Origin: Adineta vaga
Taxonomy: Eukaryota; Animalia; Rotifera
Assembly: GCA_021613535.1 (NCBI GenBank)
Contig: CP075493.1
Span: 13,702,001 to 13,766,000, forward strand
Reading direction: 5' to 3'
DNA length: 64,000 nucleotides
This document shows positions 51,425 to 63,069 of this stretch, piece after piece. Every line of letters begins with the position of its first letter. The stretch's first letter is position 1. The notes below the pieces were generated by a model. It was not told the DNA's origin, ran no database searches, and was given only the letters and a program-made list of their open reading frames with translations. The translations under genes were made by a program, and so were the position numbers.

Positions 51425-52393
51425 TTATTTAGCAGATGATAGTATTGCAGGTGTTCGAATTGTTGTCGGTCGGTTTATTGGTATTACTTGATTGTTTTGA
51501 ATACATCTTGTTAACGAACAAAATTGAATGATGTTTCGAAGTTTTTTTCGAAGTTCTGGTAATGCAAAAATACTCACAAAAGGAGTGAGTAATGTTGTAA
51601 AATAAGAAAGATAATAACTAATATCAAAGAAATCATAATAAGAACTATCTCTTATACCAGCGGTGTAAAGAGTATATAAAATCATCGATGGAAATACTAT
51701 GATCAAATAAATAGCAGAAATAGATAATAATTGAATCGCCATTTTCCGATACTTTCTCCACTGCATTCTTTGATTCGTTCGATGTTTACTATACAAAACG
51801 CGTCCTAAGAGTGCTAGACTAAAAATAACAATCGTAAAGATTGGAACAATATTATGTGCTATACTATCCCACATACCAAGTGCATCATTGTTATATGCAC
51901 AGGCGGAGACACCACATCCTGCTTGAGTAGCATAGAGATATGGTTCACAGGGGAGAACAAAATAGATAATGATATAGTAGATGAAAGGATAAAGAGTCAA
52001 TATACATAATGGTAAATAATGCAGAAAAAAACGTTTTGTTTGTGTGTCAAGAAGATTTCGATGAAATATGAGAATATGTCGTTCGATAGCTGCCCAAGCG
52101 ACGAGAAGTGTTATGACAACAAATACAGCATAATCAATGTATGTCCATGTATAACAAAAGACTTTTGTAACTGATAGAACATAACCAGTACGATAAAAAT
52201 CAATAAACCAAAGTAAATCAGTTAGATTGAGAAAAATACCAAAAGCAAGAATAAGAATGATGACATGATTATTAAGAGCATGACGAAGTGTTCGATTAAT
52301 AATAAAATGATAAAGACAGAAGATAGAACATAGGACAGATGGAATGAGAAAGATAAGATATAACCAAAAACGGACTGTATATGGAACGGACAT
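51425..52393 (-). CDS. Orphan rhodopsin-like 7TM GPCR
   Basis: ALNNHVI, FCYTWTYIDY, WAAIERHILIFH, WRKYRKMAIQLL and LPELR; 322 aa. Confidence 0.85.
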   Translation of the reverse strand: MSVPYTVRFWLYLIFLIPSVLCSIFCLYHFIINRTLRHALNNHVIILILAFGIFLNLTDLLWFIDFYRTGYVLSVTKVFCYTWTYIDYAVFVVITLLVAWAAIERHILIFHRNLLDTQTKRFFLHYLPLCILTLYPFIYYIIIYFVLPCEPYLYATQAGCGVSACAYNNDALGMWDSIAHNIVPIFTIVIFSLALLGRVLYSKHRTNQRMQWRKYRKMAIQLLSISAIYLIIVFPSMILYTLYTAGIRDSSYYDFFDISYYLSYFTTLLTPFVSIFALPELRKKLRNIIQFCSLTRCIQNNQVIPINRPTTIRTPAILSSAK

Positions 52394-52647
52394 AATTATT
52401 TCTCGCGGCTTCTTATTAGAATAGAACTAAATGAAAGAGTTTCGATATATTGTTTGTTAATGTAGTTGCTTTTAATCACTTAACAGAGGAATGAGCGCAC
52501 CTGAGCGTTATAAACTCTATGACGTATAATCACACTGATTCATAGGGTAGATGAGTGCAGATATTTTCGTAAAGTCAATAATTAGACATTTCTTTAAATA
52601 AAATAAAAGTGACATTTTATATCCTCTTCAAACGATGACATAAAACT

Positions 52648-53832
52648 CTAATATTTTTCAATCTGTTTCTTTTTAATTGTTCGTTCTTGTGTAAATTTAT
52701 GTATACCAATAAGTAACACACTCGATATAACTAATCCACTTCCAAGTAAAACCCATAAATTGGATTTCTTTATCGTAAATATATTTTGTAAAAGAATTGC
52801 ATAGATTATTTCTGATGATGAAACAATAGTAACAATCGATGGTGGTTCACGTTTTACTGCCCGATTTCCAACAATGACTGCAAGAGTTTGTAAGAGACTA
52901 ATCAGTGCCGCAAGCCAATATTTCCATTGAAAAATTGTCCAAGTAAAAAATGTTTGATCATTCGATAGAAAATATTTAAAAAACTGATTGAATATCAAAC
53001 AAAAAAGAAAAACAAACGAATGTTGAAGTATTAAAACACTTGGTTTTATTTGTAACGTTATCAATTGTTTGAAAATGAGAAGATTAAATGCAGAACAAAG
53101 TCCAGTTATTAATGCAAGAGAAATACCAATCTTACGACTATTTAATGAAAAGAAATTCATTGTCTCTGTTGTTGATATATCTCGAGCAACTTCTCCTTCT
53201 ATTGTTTGCTTTTTGTTGAAAAGAAATGTTGGTTGCGCAACAAATAAAACACCGACAAGTGTGAAGAAAACAGCTAAAATAATCATAGCAGTTGTTTTTT
53301 CTCTATAGATGAGTATACCAAAGAGAACTGTCCATAATAAACGTGTAAAATTCAGTGTAGTAAAGTCAGGAAAAGGCAAATAACGAAGACCAATGAAATA
53401 TCCAAGAAAGATGAAACCATTTAAAATACACAAAATAAATTGTAACCACTTTTCTTTTGATGAACCTCTCCATATTGAATAATGGCGAAAAATAATGAAA
53501 AATATCAACAGACTAATCTGTATAATAAAACGTATAATAAGTGCATCAAGTAGATCGATACCTAATTCTTTTATAGTAAAAGTTGATGTTACAAACAGAC
53601 AACTTCCTAGAAGACCATAGAGAATACCAGATAAAGCAAATGATTTTGCTTCAGTGATTATTTTACTATCATCGGCTTCTTCTGTTGCTAATACGAATGG
53701 TTCTATGACGATAGCTATAGATGAACTACGTCGCGTCTTTGTAGTATTATCATCGTTAATAGTAGATAGAGGGATCAATAGATGCTGCTGCTGCTGCTGC
53801 TGTTGATGATTATTTGGTTCGATAAGATCCAT
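52648..53832 (-). CDS. EamA/DMT-family transporter (SLC35G-like) with an N-terminal polyQ tract
   Basis: About ten TM segments in two repeats (IIRFIIQ, LRYLPFPDFTTL, ILIYREK, AVKREPPSIVTIVSSSEII, LLGSGLV). A CAG run encodes Q7. Confidence 0.82.
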   Translation of the reverse strand: MDLIEPNNHQQQQQQQHLLIPLSTINDDNTTKTRRSSSIAIVIEPFVLATEEADDSKIITEAKSFALSGILYGLLGSCLFVTSTFTIKELGIDLLDALIIRFIIQISLLIFFIIFRHYSIWRGSSKEKWLQFILCILNGFIFLGYFIGLRYLPFPDFTTLNFTRLLWTVLFGILIYREKTTAMIILAVFFTLVGVLFVAQPTFLFNKKQTIEGEVARDISTTETMNFFSLNSRKIGISLALITGLCSAFNLLIFKQLITLQIKPSVLILQHSFVFLFCLIFNQFFKYFLSNDQTFFTWTIFQWKYWLAALISLLQTLAVIVGNRAVKREPPSIVTIVSSSEIIYAILLQNIFTIKKSNLWVLLGSGLVISSVLLIGIHKFTQERTIKKKQIEKY

Positions 53833-54108
53833 ATTTGTTTCTTTCTTGATGGTTTATGTGATATGTAGCGTTTTGAAAGAGGGACATTATACGATATTTG
53901 ATAAACGAAAGTTTTATCATTCAAGAGTTTTTTTTGAGTAAAATGACTTATACATAAGAGTATTGTAAAACAACAAAGATATGAATCTGGAGTATCAAAA
54001 AGGAATAAACGTAACCTTGATATTATCAAAAAAAGAGTGAGAAACAAGTGCAGATTCTTCTTACATCTCCTTATTATGCCGTGGTATATTTATACCAGGC
54101 AACTCTAC

Positions 54109-56216
54109 TCAATGCATTTGAATAAACGATTGCAAACTTGTGGAAACATAGTCAGTATAATTTAACTGTTCTTCTCGAATGATTTGTGCACAAATACATT
54201 TTAAGCGCAACTCGATTGGATATAGTTTGAAGAGATGTTGTAATCTTTGTCTTCAGCACAATCTCGTGGTGTTTGTCCGTGAGCCATTGCATCAAGATGT
54301 GCACCAGCATTAACAAGTAAATGGAATATGTTTTCTATTTCATTCCATTCTTCATCAGAATAATACTTATAGTTACTTGCAACTAAATCATGTAATGGTG
54401 TATTATAATTGAAATCAATTGCATTGATTGGTGCTTGGCAAGATAGTAAAAATTTGACAACTGATAAAGATGGAAACCTTGTGAGAATACTAGTCTCGTT
54501 TAAATCTCTATATTTGTGGTGTCTAATTAATGATAGATGTAATAATGTTTTGTTATCACATACAAGACGATAATCAGAGACAATAAATCGTTGAATTAAT
54601 TGATGAATAATACGTCGTCGTTCTTGTTCGTTCTCACTAATTTTAATGCCAATGTGAATAAGACAAAGTATATCATCTAAATATTGATCAATATGATATA
54701 TATCCATGACTTCGTTTTCATTTGATGACCAAAAAGGCTTTTGAATACGTTGTTCAATATCTTTTGCTAATTGAACATCTCTAGTTCTTAGAAATTCATT
54801 CCCAATTGTTTGTAATACTTTGATAAATACATCAAATTCAAGTTCTTCTATTTTATTATGTTTGAACATTCTAACCATTGTTTCAGTACAATGTTTCAGA
54901 TCTAAAATATATCGATCTGAATCCATGTGTGTTTTTATTCGAAGGTCATATGCATGTAAATAGAGTTGTATAGCACGTTGATATTTGTTACTATATTTAC
55001 AAGCATTACCTTCATCATTAAGTCGATTAAGAAAATGTGATGATGGATTCAGTCGTTCCCATATCATGAAACCTTCCAGCATAATCCGATTTGCATTATC
55101 TTTAATTGAATCTAATTCCTCCATTGTTTGACATTCGCTACAATAATCATAAGCTTCTATCGGTGATGAAAGATTAATTTTGACGATTGGTTCATTTGGA
55201 TCTTTGTATCTTAACTTCATAGCTCGTAGAAAATATTTATAAGATTGACTATAATCATTTGGATCATGATTCGATCTGCCATGTACAGCTCCGATTAATT
55301 CCAGTTCGTCGATAATTTGCGAAGTTGTAATCCAAGATCTGTTTTCATTTTCTGTATAATATTTCAGACATGCTTCATTATTCTGTATACCAGCTAATGT
55401 AAGTGGCGTATATCCAAAGTTATCTTTGACGATTTTTGCATGATATTGTTCCAACAATAATTTTACTATATCTATTTGTTGATCCGCTGCATTATTTAAT
55501 TGTTCTTCATCTATATAATAGGATCTGATGGCATGTAATGCAGTTGAGCCATTTTCATCTATTGCATTTAGAAGAGAACGGCTGTCAGTATTATCTAAAC
55601 TCAGCAAATATTGTACAATATCATATTTTACATATTGACATGCAATCATCAGAGATGTCTTATTATCATTAGCAACCTTGTATAGATCAGCACCGTTTTC
55701 GATGAGATATTTGACCATATCTAATTGCCCATTTCGACATGCTAAGCCTAATGGTGTCGTGTCCTCATCCAAATATGCACACGCCATATGATTAACATTT
55801 GCCTTCCCAACTGATACGAGTGTTCGAACAACATTTAAATGTTCGTTGTTAACAGCAAGCCAAAGTGCCGTCTGTTTATAGGAAATTTTTTCATAATGAT
55901 CAAATGAATAATTCTGTGCATCAACTATACAATAATGAAAATAGTTTTCCAGTAGGAAGCGGACGATCGAATCATGTCCATGGAAGGATGCAATCATCAA
56001 TGGTGTAAATAGATATGTTCCATTATAATCAAATTCCATCATTGCATTTAAATAACGATCAATTTTAACTGATGTAATTGTCTTTAAAATTGTTTCTAAT
56101 TTATCGACAGAATCATTTTCACATGCTGTAAAAATCTCATGTAATATTTCACTAACAATATCATTGGCTTTTTCATAATTATTATCATTTGTATAGATGA
56201 TTTGCCGATGAGACAT
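54109..56216 (-). CDS. Fem-1-like ankyrin/TPR protein with a -1 frameshift near the C-terminus
   Basis: Ankyrin repeats (TPLMIASFHGH, TALWLAV, TPLGLACRNGQ), IDELELIGA, AYDYCSECQTMEEL, KTLLHL and RFPSLSVVKFLL. Adding 1 nt at 54246-54248 restores the typical tail LRLKCICAQII...LQSFIQMH* with a stop at 54109. Confidence 0.82.
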
Positions 56217-56511
56217 TATTCATTGAGTTAAAAAACAGTATGAATACGTTTGTTTCGAATGAAACGTGGTTATATTTGCGAAATGTATTCTCCTTTCCAT
56301 TCTTTTTGTTATATTCTGATACTGAAAAAGAAAAAGAAAAAGAAAAGACGAGCACGTATTAGTTTCAGGAAAGAATGTATTATATATTCTTACAAACTTC
56401 ATTAGCGCACGATATTTCGTAGCAATAAAAAAACAATTTTTCGTCTAAGCTTCGCCAAGACGAGAGGAAAATATACGGAAAAAAAAGTTATATAAGTTTA
56501 TAATGAATTCA

Positions 56512-56850
56512 TTAATTGTCCAAATTAGTGATCATTAGTTGAACGACCTTTCCTTCTTTTAAAAAAACACAAATTTCATCGTATCATTTTTTATCCTTAT
56601 CCTCCGCGATAAAGCGTACACGATCATCACCTTCAATTGGGATAAATTCAATAATACGAACCATATAATTAGGATCCAAAAATCTTTGTTCCGTATTGTT
56701 TCTCAATTCTTCTTTGGATCGAATAAGAACTTGTCCACCACGTGACACTTCACAGTTGGGATCATAGCACGATATGACTTCATCAGTATTGTGAGCACAT
56801 AAGGCAGCAACGAGGTTCTCAACGACTTATTTATGTTCAGCCGATGACAT
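56512..56850 (-). pseudogene. SnoaL/NTF2-like small protein pseudogene
   Basis: MSSAEHK*VVENLVAALCAHNTDEVISCYDPNCEVSRGGQVLIRSKEELR...KDKK*YDEICVF[fs]KEGKVVQL, with two stops and one frameshift. Confidence 0.55.
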
Positions 56851-57339
56851 ATTTCTTCACTTTGTGTAGACCGTGGGTATCTATAATAAATATTAGAATC
56901 AACTGCAATCTGTGTCGTGAGGAAACATGAAAAAAGAAGCTGTCTTATAAATCATAGAAATCTTCGTAAGTTTATCACACAGTAAATTGCAAAGATATTT
57001 ATCCTATTAACGTTTCCCATAATGAAGACATAACCTTTCGAGATAAACAGTACTGTTTCGAAGGTGTGAATATAAATGGTCGTAAAACGACTTATATATT
57101 CTTTTCACTTATAATATCTTATCTTTTTTCGTGTTATTCTCGCGTCGTTGTTTTTCATATGACTGAGATTGTAATTCGTCGTTATTTTCTTCCAATGGAA
57201 CCGGCAGAAATTATATTTCGATAACGAACAGAGTGCACTGACATCCGAACAAAACAATGTATCTTGTTCACAAATTATCGAGCAAATGCGCGATGATGCT
57301 ATGTTGTACGATTAGATTACAAATTATATCCAGAAAATA

Positions 57340-57590
57340 TAACTGTACTTCCACTTGACTTTTTCATTCGTACATCAGAAAAAGCTATACGATCTTTGTG
57401 TGAATTTCTCACTAAACTAGCAGGTATTCCTCCACTCGTTATATTGCTGCAAGTGACTTATTAGAAGAACCTCACACGATTATGCGTATCTACTGCGAAT
57501 CCGCAATTCATGATCGGTTTGAACGCTAATATGCTCGAATATAAACTAGGTCGAGTTCATGCATTTGGTAAATGGGTAGGCTGGTTTGAC
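57340..57590 (+). pseudogene. Degenerate P-loop sulfotransferase-like fragment
   Basis: Pieces across frameshifts read FFIRTSEK/AIRSL, LAGIPPLVI, ASDLLEEPHTIMRIYCESAI, NMLEY and FGKWVGW, which resembles microbial sulfotransferase-family proteins. Confidence 0.4.
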
Positions 57591-58148
57591 GAAGCTCAAC
57601 ACAGTACAGGTTTCAATCATATTGAGGAAAGAACAAGTAATGATGATGATGATTTCGTTTTACCTATCTAACAAAACTTGCCTATATACAATGAGTTTTG
57701 TCAATTTAGAATGTGTCTTTAATCACATTCACATACTCATCAATCTTTATGCTCTTCATGTATTCTTTCGTTTGTTTCTATTTTGTAGAAATCGTCACTA
57801 TTTGTTTTTCAGACTTTCATGCATATTGTATAGAAAAAAGAAAAACGTAATATGTGTTTATTGGTTAAAGAAAAAACTACTCACGTTACATTATAACGAT
57901 CGTGTAATGAGCATGATATTTAGTTATATAAATAAAATCAATTGACGTATGTGTTTTTTCACGTTTTCTCGTATATATATATATCCCATGAGAATCAAAA
58001 CTCTCAAGAATAATGTCATTGAGATACTTCATCAATCCATGGACCATATACGTTATAATTATACCACATAGGAATTAGAGAGAATAAAATGGTTACTAGA
58101 TTTTCTTTTCTTTTCTAGATTTGTATTCTTGACCATACTGATCTAGTA

Positions 58149-58574
58149 ATGAATGATACAGATGAAGAACAGAATTCTTTCTTTCGTTTAACGGAAAATG
58201 GTAAAGGCAGTCTAATGTTTCCATCCGGAAATGCTTCTCAAGTTTTCAATTTGGCTGAAACTGCTTTAGCAAAATCGAAAGATGCAGTTGAAATATTTTG
58301 GTCCTATCCCATGAATACTCTGAAAATGATTATTGAGACTGGATATACACAAGAACATCAACCATATACTATTTGTTTTGATGCTGAATCAATGGGAGAA
58401 AATGTCAAAACTGTACATCAACTTGTTCAGGATAAAAAGATTGAAATTAAAGCTGATTTAGGAAAATTTATTTTGGAATCAGATTCTAACTATCAAGTTA
58501 TTGTCGAATTAACATCTTGGCCGGAAATGACTACGTATGGTACATTTATTCGATATAAAATTATTCGAAAATAA
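58149..58574 (+). CDS. Hypothetical protein, probably the 3' exon of a small gene
   Basis: 141-codon ORF with protein-like composition. A pyrimidine-rich acceptor TTTTCTTTTCTAG ends at 58118, in frame just upstream. Confidence 0.55.
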   Translation: MNDTDEEQNSFFRLTENGKGSLMFPSGNASQVFNLAETALAKSKDAVEIFWSYPMNTLKMIIETGYTQEHQPYTICFDAESMGENVKTVHQLVQDKKIEIKADLGKFILESDSNYQVIVELTSWPEMTTYGTFIRYKIIRK

Positions 58575-59022
58575 TACAAAACAACTACATCAACTCATTA
58601 AACAGGACTTTATATTGGTAGATCCATTTCATCAGATGAAACTTTCTTGCTATCACAGCGAACAATATCGTTTTTTTTTGTTTCTCTCAAGTGCTTATGA
58701 ATTCATATCTCTTCTTTTCTTTTTCATTTTTTCGACTGATGACCTTGTATGTTCACATCCTTTTTCTTTCTTTCTCTTGCTGCCATAACGACCCCAAAAA
58801 GATCAAATAATTAAACTCTGAATTAACCAATACGATTGCTGTCGTTACATGGAAACACCAATCATATGTCCGGTCGCTTTGACCGAAAATTCTTCTCTTT
58901 GTTCAGACTTTATCTGCTCTAACCTATATAACGCGTTGAATATCATGATAATTTTATATACTGCGTTCATTCATTCATTCATTCACTTCATCCGTTAGTA
59001 TTTCCAGTTCGTTTTTCAAACA

Positions 59023-59790
59023 ATGAAGTAAGTAACTACTGGTCTTCTTCGTTTTTCTCTATACATGTAATTCTTATTGAAGGTTAATCATTCAATTTGT
59101 TTTGATCGTATCATTTGTATACTTAATTCATGCAGGTAATATAATTCACCAGCGCATGACTTTCCTAGTTGTTAACTGTTTATATTCTTTTTAGCGATTC
59201 CGAAAGGCGTTCATAGAAAGTATAAAAACAGTTACAATCAGTGGTTGAATATCAAACAAAAATGGCGAAATTCCTATCAGTACACGCTGTATCGAAGTTC
59301 ATGGGTTGGATTTCGATCTTCATTGACAGTTTTTGTCGTGGCTGGCAAGGTTAGTAATGAAAAGAGTGAAGACATGAATTGTATGCTGCAATCCTAGTCC
59401 TTTTTGCTTAATCAGCATTGTTATGATTTGCAAATGTTTTATTTTTAGGTTGTCAGTCGTGAATACGAAAGTTCATTTGGAGGCAAAAAAAAAGAAAATT
59501 GGGTTGAAAAGGAGAATCAATTGTATACGCATGATGCTGGTTGGAAAGCAGAAGAATCAAGTACAATTGACAAGGTTTACTCAACATGCCTGAAATCTAT
59601 TGATGTACCTGCTCCGGTAAATGGGCAAGAATATCGTGTCACATTCGAAGCAGATAAAGCAAATTACAATTTGTTGAGCACTTGTGGACACACGCCACCA
59701 ATGTGTGCAGATGACTGCTTTCAAGGTGTCTCAATTCGTAATTTGAAGCCATATAAACAAGAAAGACGAAATACGAAAGTAGGTAAATAA
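59023..59790 (+). CDS. Small secreted Cys-containing protein, 4 exons
   Basis: Exons 59023-59027, 59083-59135, 59195-59349 and 59449-59790 splice in frame: MKLIIQFVLIVSFVYLIHA-AIPKG...YKNSYNQWLNIK...NSYQYTLYRSSWVGF...TIDKVYSTC...LSTCGHTPPMCADDCFQGVSI. Confidence 0.75.
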
Positions 59791-60294
59791 TGAAAATCTT
59801 GTGATTGATACATATTATTAATAGTGTGAGTTATGTCATGTTAATGTGTTTTTGTTAACCAAATTAGTCTTAGTGTAGAGTATTACCTTGTTGTTTTGTG
59901 TGAAATAAAGTTTCAATAAATAGATAGAAGTCAATATGGTTTTTGTATAATTAGATGGTTCAGAAACTGTATCATATGTCTAGAGATTTCAATGTAAAGA
60001 AAATAAGCAATGAAGTAATCATTGAAAAGTATGATCGATCTATTGTTTTTAATTGTAGTAATTGTTTATGGTCTGATAAGATATTGTATTATCTTCGGGA
60101 AAATTAGATACATTCGCACTATTGTCAATGGGTTATTTGACATTCGATAAACCTAATAATATTCATGACTTGTATCTTGATGCATGTGTCACTTGATATC
60201 AAAGGTTGAATAGCTAGTAATAGGAATATCTTTCGTAGGAATGAAAATCATAATTAAATTGGTATGAAAAATTCTGTGTATTAATTATACCATG

Positions 60295-60600
60295 CTAAAA
60301 AAATTTCACTAATAGGAGGAGATGAACACTTGAATCGTGTCCACGAAAGGATAGAAGCATGGGAGGAGTGAACGCACATATCTCAGAATCATGAAATCGC
60401 ATTCTTGCATTTAAATAACGATCTGATGAGCAAAAAAAAACAAATAGTATACTGTTCTTTTTCCATTTTATTTTATATTCAAAACAAGTTTTTTTTGTAA
60501 TCGACAATGTCTTGAATAGCAATGAATTCTATTTGATTTTAACTCATTTCTTTTACAAATTTTATCATGAAGTATACTCGATAATATCATTGTCGTTCAT
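60295..60600 (-). pseudogene. Relic of a second Fem-1-like gene (N-terminal part)
   Basis: DRYLNARMRFHDSEICAFTPPMLLSFRGHDSSVHLLL aligns with DRYLNAMMEFDYNGTYLFTPLMIASFHGHDSIVRFLL of the gene at 54109-56216. Confidence 0.6.
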
Positions 60601-61008
60601 TTATCAACCGTGTGGATACGACAGAATTGGTTAGTATTGAGGACTGATCAGAATTTATATCGTAATACACCTTTATATGTTTTGTATAACTGTGATGAGT
60701 CACAAGATACTTCCTACCTTTATATGTTGGAAAAAATCAATATCTTCTACTCTTATACAAATGTGGAAATAATTGCTAAATAAACAAAAAAATAAATTCA
60801 TGCATACTCAATAGATATACTATTGTAAGTATTGTTTTACTTCACACTTATTAAGTGTTCATTTGTTTTTTAACAGTTATAGAGCGAAGATTTGAACGAT
60901 CACAGTGAAAGCTTTGATTTTGATCATAGAAATTTCAAGATTTAGACGTGGTATTTCTACTCAACAGCTTATATAAAAGAAAATCGTCGACATCGCAATC
61001 ATAGTTTT

Positions 61009-62634
61009 ATGATGAGTGTGTTTTCAAAATTATTCAGCCGACAAACAATGAATGTGCGACATCTATTTGTTTCTCGTCAACAGCATCCGTCTCCAACGAA
61101 TTTAACAGTACATATATAATTTCATTATACGCAATAATAGATTATGTTGTAACATTTCAGACAAAATTTTCGACACAACAGCTGAATACTGACAAAAGCA
61201 TTCTCGAATATGATTTAACGCATGTTTATGATCTTCATTTACTCGAAGAAGGTCCAAGTACAAAAATGTCATGTACGCGTGACGAAGTTTTTGATATGTT
61301 TAAGAAAATGTATACTATTCGTCGAATGGAAATGGCAGCTGATCAATTGTACAAATCAAAGTTGATTCGTGGCTTTTGTCATCTTTCTTCTGGACAGGTT
61401 TGTTATTAATTTAGCTGAGCATCCTATCGAGAATGGATGGAAATGTATGTTTCGGATTATCAGGTTGATAGCCTTTTACTTGAGGATCTTTGTCGACTTT
61501 AACCATTCCGTAACCTATCAGCAATTCATGATTGTACTCTATTATTATTTAGGAAGCTGTGCCGGTAGGAATGAAAGCAGCCATGGATAGAGATGATTCG
61601 CTGATTACAGGTTATCGAGCCCATGGTTGGACACATATCATGGGTATTTCATGACTGATATTCTAGCTGAATTAACCGGAAGAAGTACAAGTTGTTCTGA
61701 AGGAAAAGGTGGAAGTATGCATAAGTATGCACCAAATTTCTATGTTGGTAATGGTATTGTCGGTGTACAAGTGCCTCTTGGTGCTGGAGTAGGTGATTTG
61801 TTTCATTGAATCTCAAATAGATGTTCTTCTTCTATGTAGATAGCTTTCGCACATAAATATCGTGGTGAACCAAATGTATGTATGGTATTATATGGTGATG
61901 GTGCTGCCAATCAAGGACAAGTTTTTGAGACTTTCAATATGGCTTCACTTTGGAGATTATTTTGTATTTTTGTTTGCGAAAATAATCAGTTTGGTATGGG
62001 TACAAGTACGGCACGAGCTAGTGCAAATCCATTTTTCTATAAACGATGTGAATATATTCCTGGTCTATGGGTCGATGGTATGGATGTGTTAGCTGTAAGA
62101 CAAGCAACAAAATTTGCACGTGACTGGTGTATGTCCGGTAAAAGTCCGATTCAGCAGAAAGGTAATCAAAACGATACATTTCTGAGAAATTATCAGGTCA
62201 AATTTTGCATGAAAACTGAAATCTATCGAAAAGAAAAAGAATAATCAAGAATATTTCTCTCGTGACGATAAATATTTTAACAGGATTTCTTTTTGTTTAG
62301 CTATCGACATCGTAAGCAAGTTGACTATATAAGAAAATTTCGCGATCCAATCAATACTTTTAGTCAGAAACTAATCGAAGCTGGTATCGCTACAGAGAAA
62401 GACTTTCGGGTAAATCGATTTATTATTACAGAAAATAGAATATGTTCGCCATTATTCGTTGTGTTTTAGGATATTAAGAAGGACGTCGAAGAGATCATTA
62501 TGAGTGCGAGAAAACATGCTGAAGAAGATTCCGAACCTGATGTTGATGAACTGTATTCACATGTCTAAGCTAGCATTCCATCCAATTTTGTGATACGTGG
62601 TTGTGACAATTTTACCTCTAAATTCATCGAATAA
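61009..62634 (+). pseudogene. PDHA1: Pyruvate dehydrogenase E1 alpha subunit pseudogene with introns retained
   Basis: Exons encode a transit peptide, [83 protein letters not shown] and RDPI. Lesions: -1 frameshift at 61651, missing TYRYHGHSMSDPG segment, TAA at 62566-62568. TATA-like TATATAAAAG at 60970. Confidence 0.88.
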
Positions 62635-63069
62635 GCAAACACAGTTTTGAAAAAAGACGCCTGCGATATATTTTTCTCTTAATTTAAGTTTCCATATCTT
62701 GGGATGGAGAGTGTGACTTTTTCTTCCCTTATAACACCTTCACCCTTAATAATAATCAACCACTCCACAACTAGAGTTGATTGTTACGATTATACAAACA
62801 TCGATAATTCTACTAGCAATGGGACTAGGAATGTAACTTCGTGTATTATTGATGATTTAGTGATATTGTTGAAGTAATAAACAATGCATAGTGTTTGACC
62901 ATATCTTCGAGACTTTAAGTTACTCGACATCGTTCTGAAAGTAATTCTTAGTTTATAAAAATGTGAAAACCAGCATTAAACTGTGAGTATTCTTTATTTA
63001 AGCAGGTTTATTTCGAAATCTACATAAAATGTATTTAAAAGTAAAGAAAACTTGACAATACTAAAGGAA

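Noticed and set aside
14782-62568. Reassigned genetic code (TAA read as sense) to explain the in-frame stops
   Set aside because: TAA ends many intact genes here, and ORFs of 5-6 kb contain no internal TAA.
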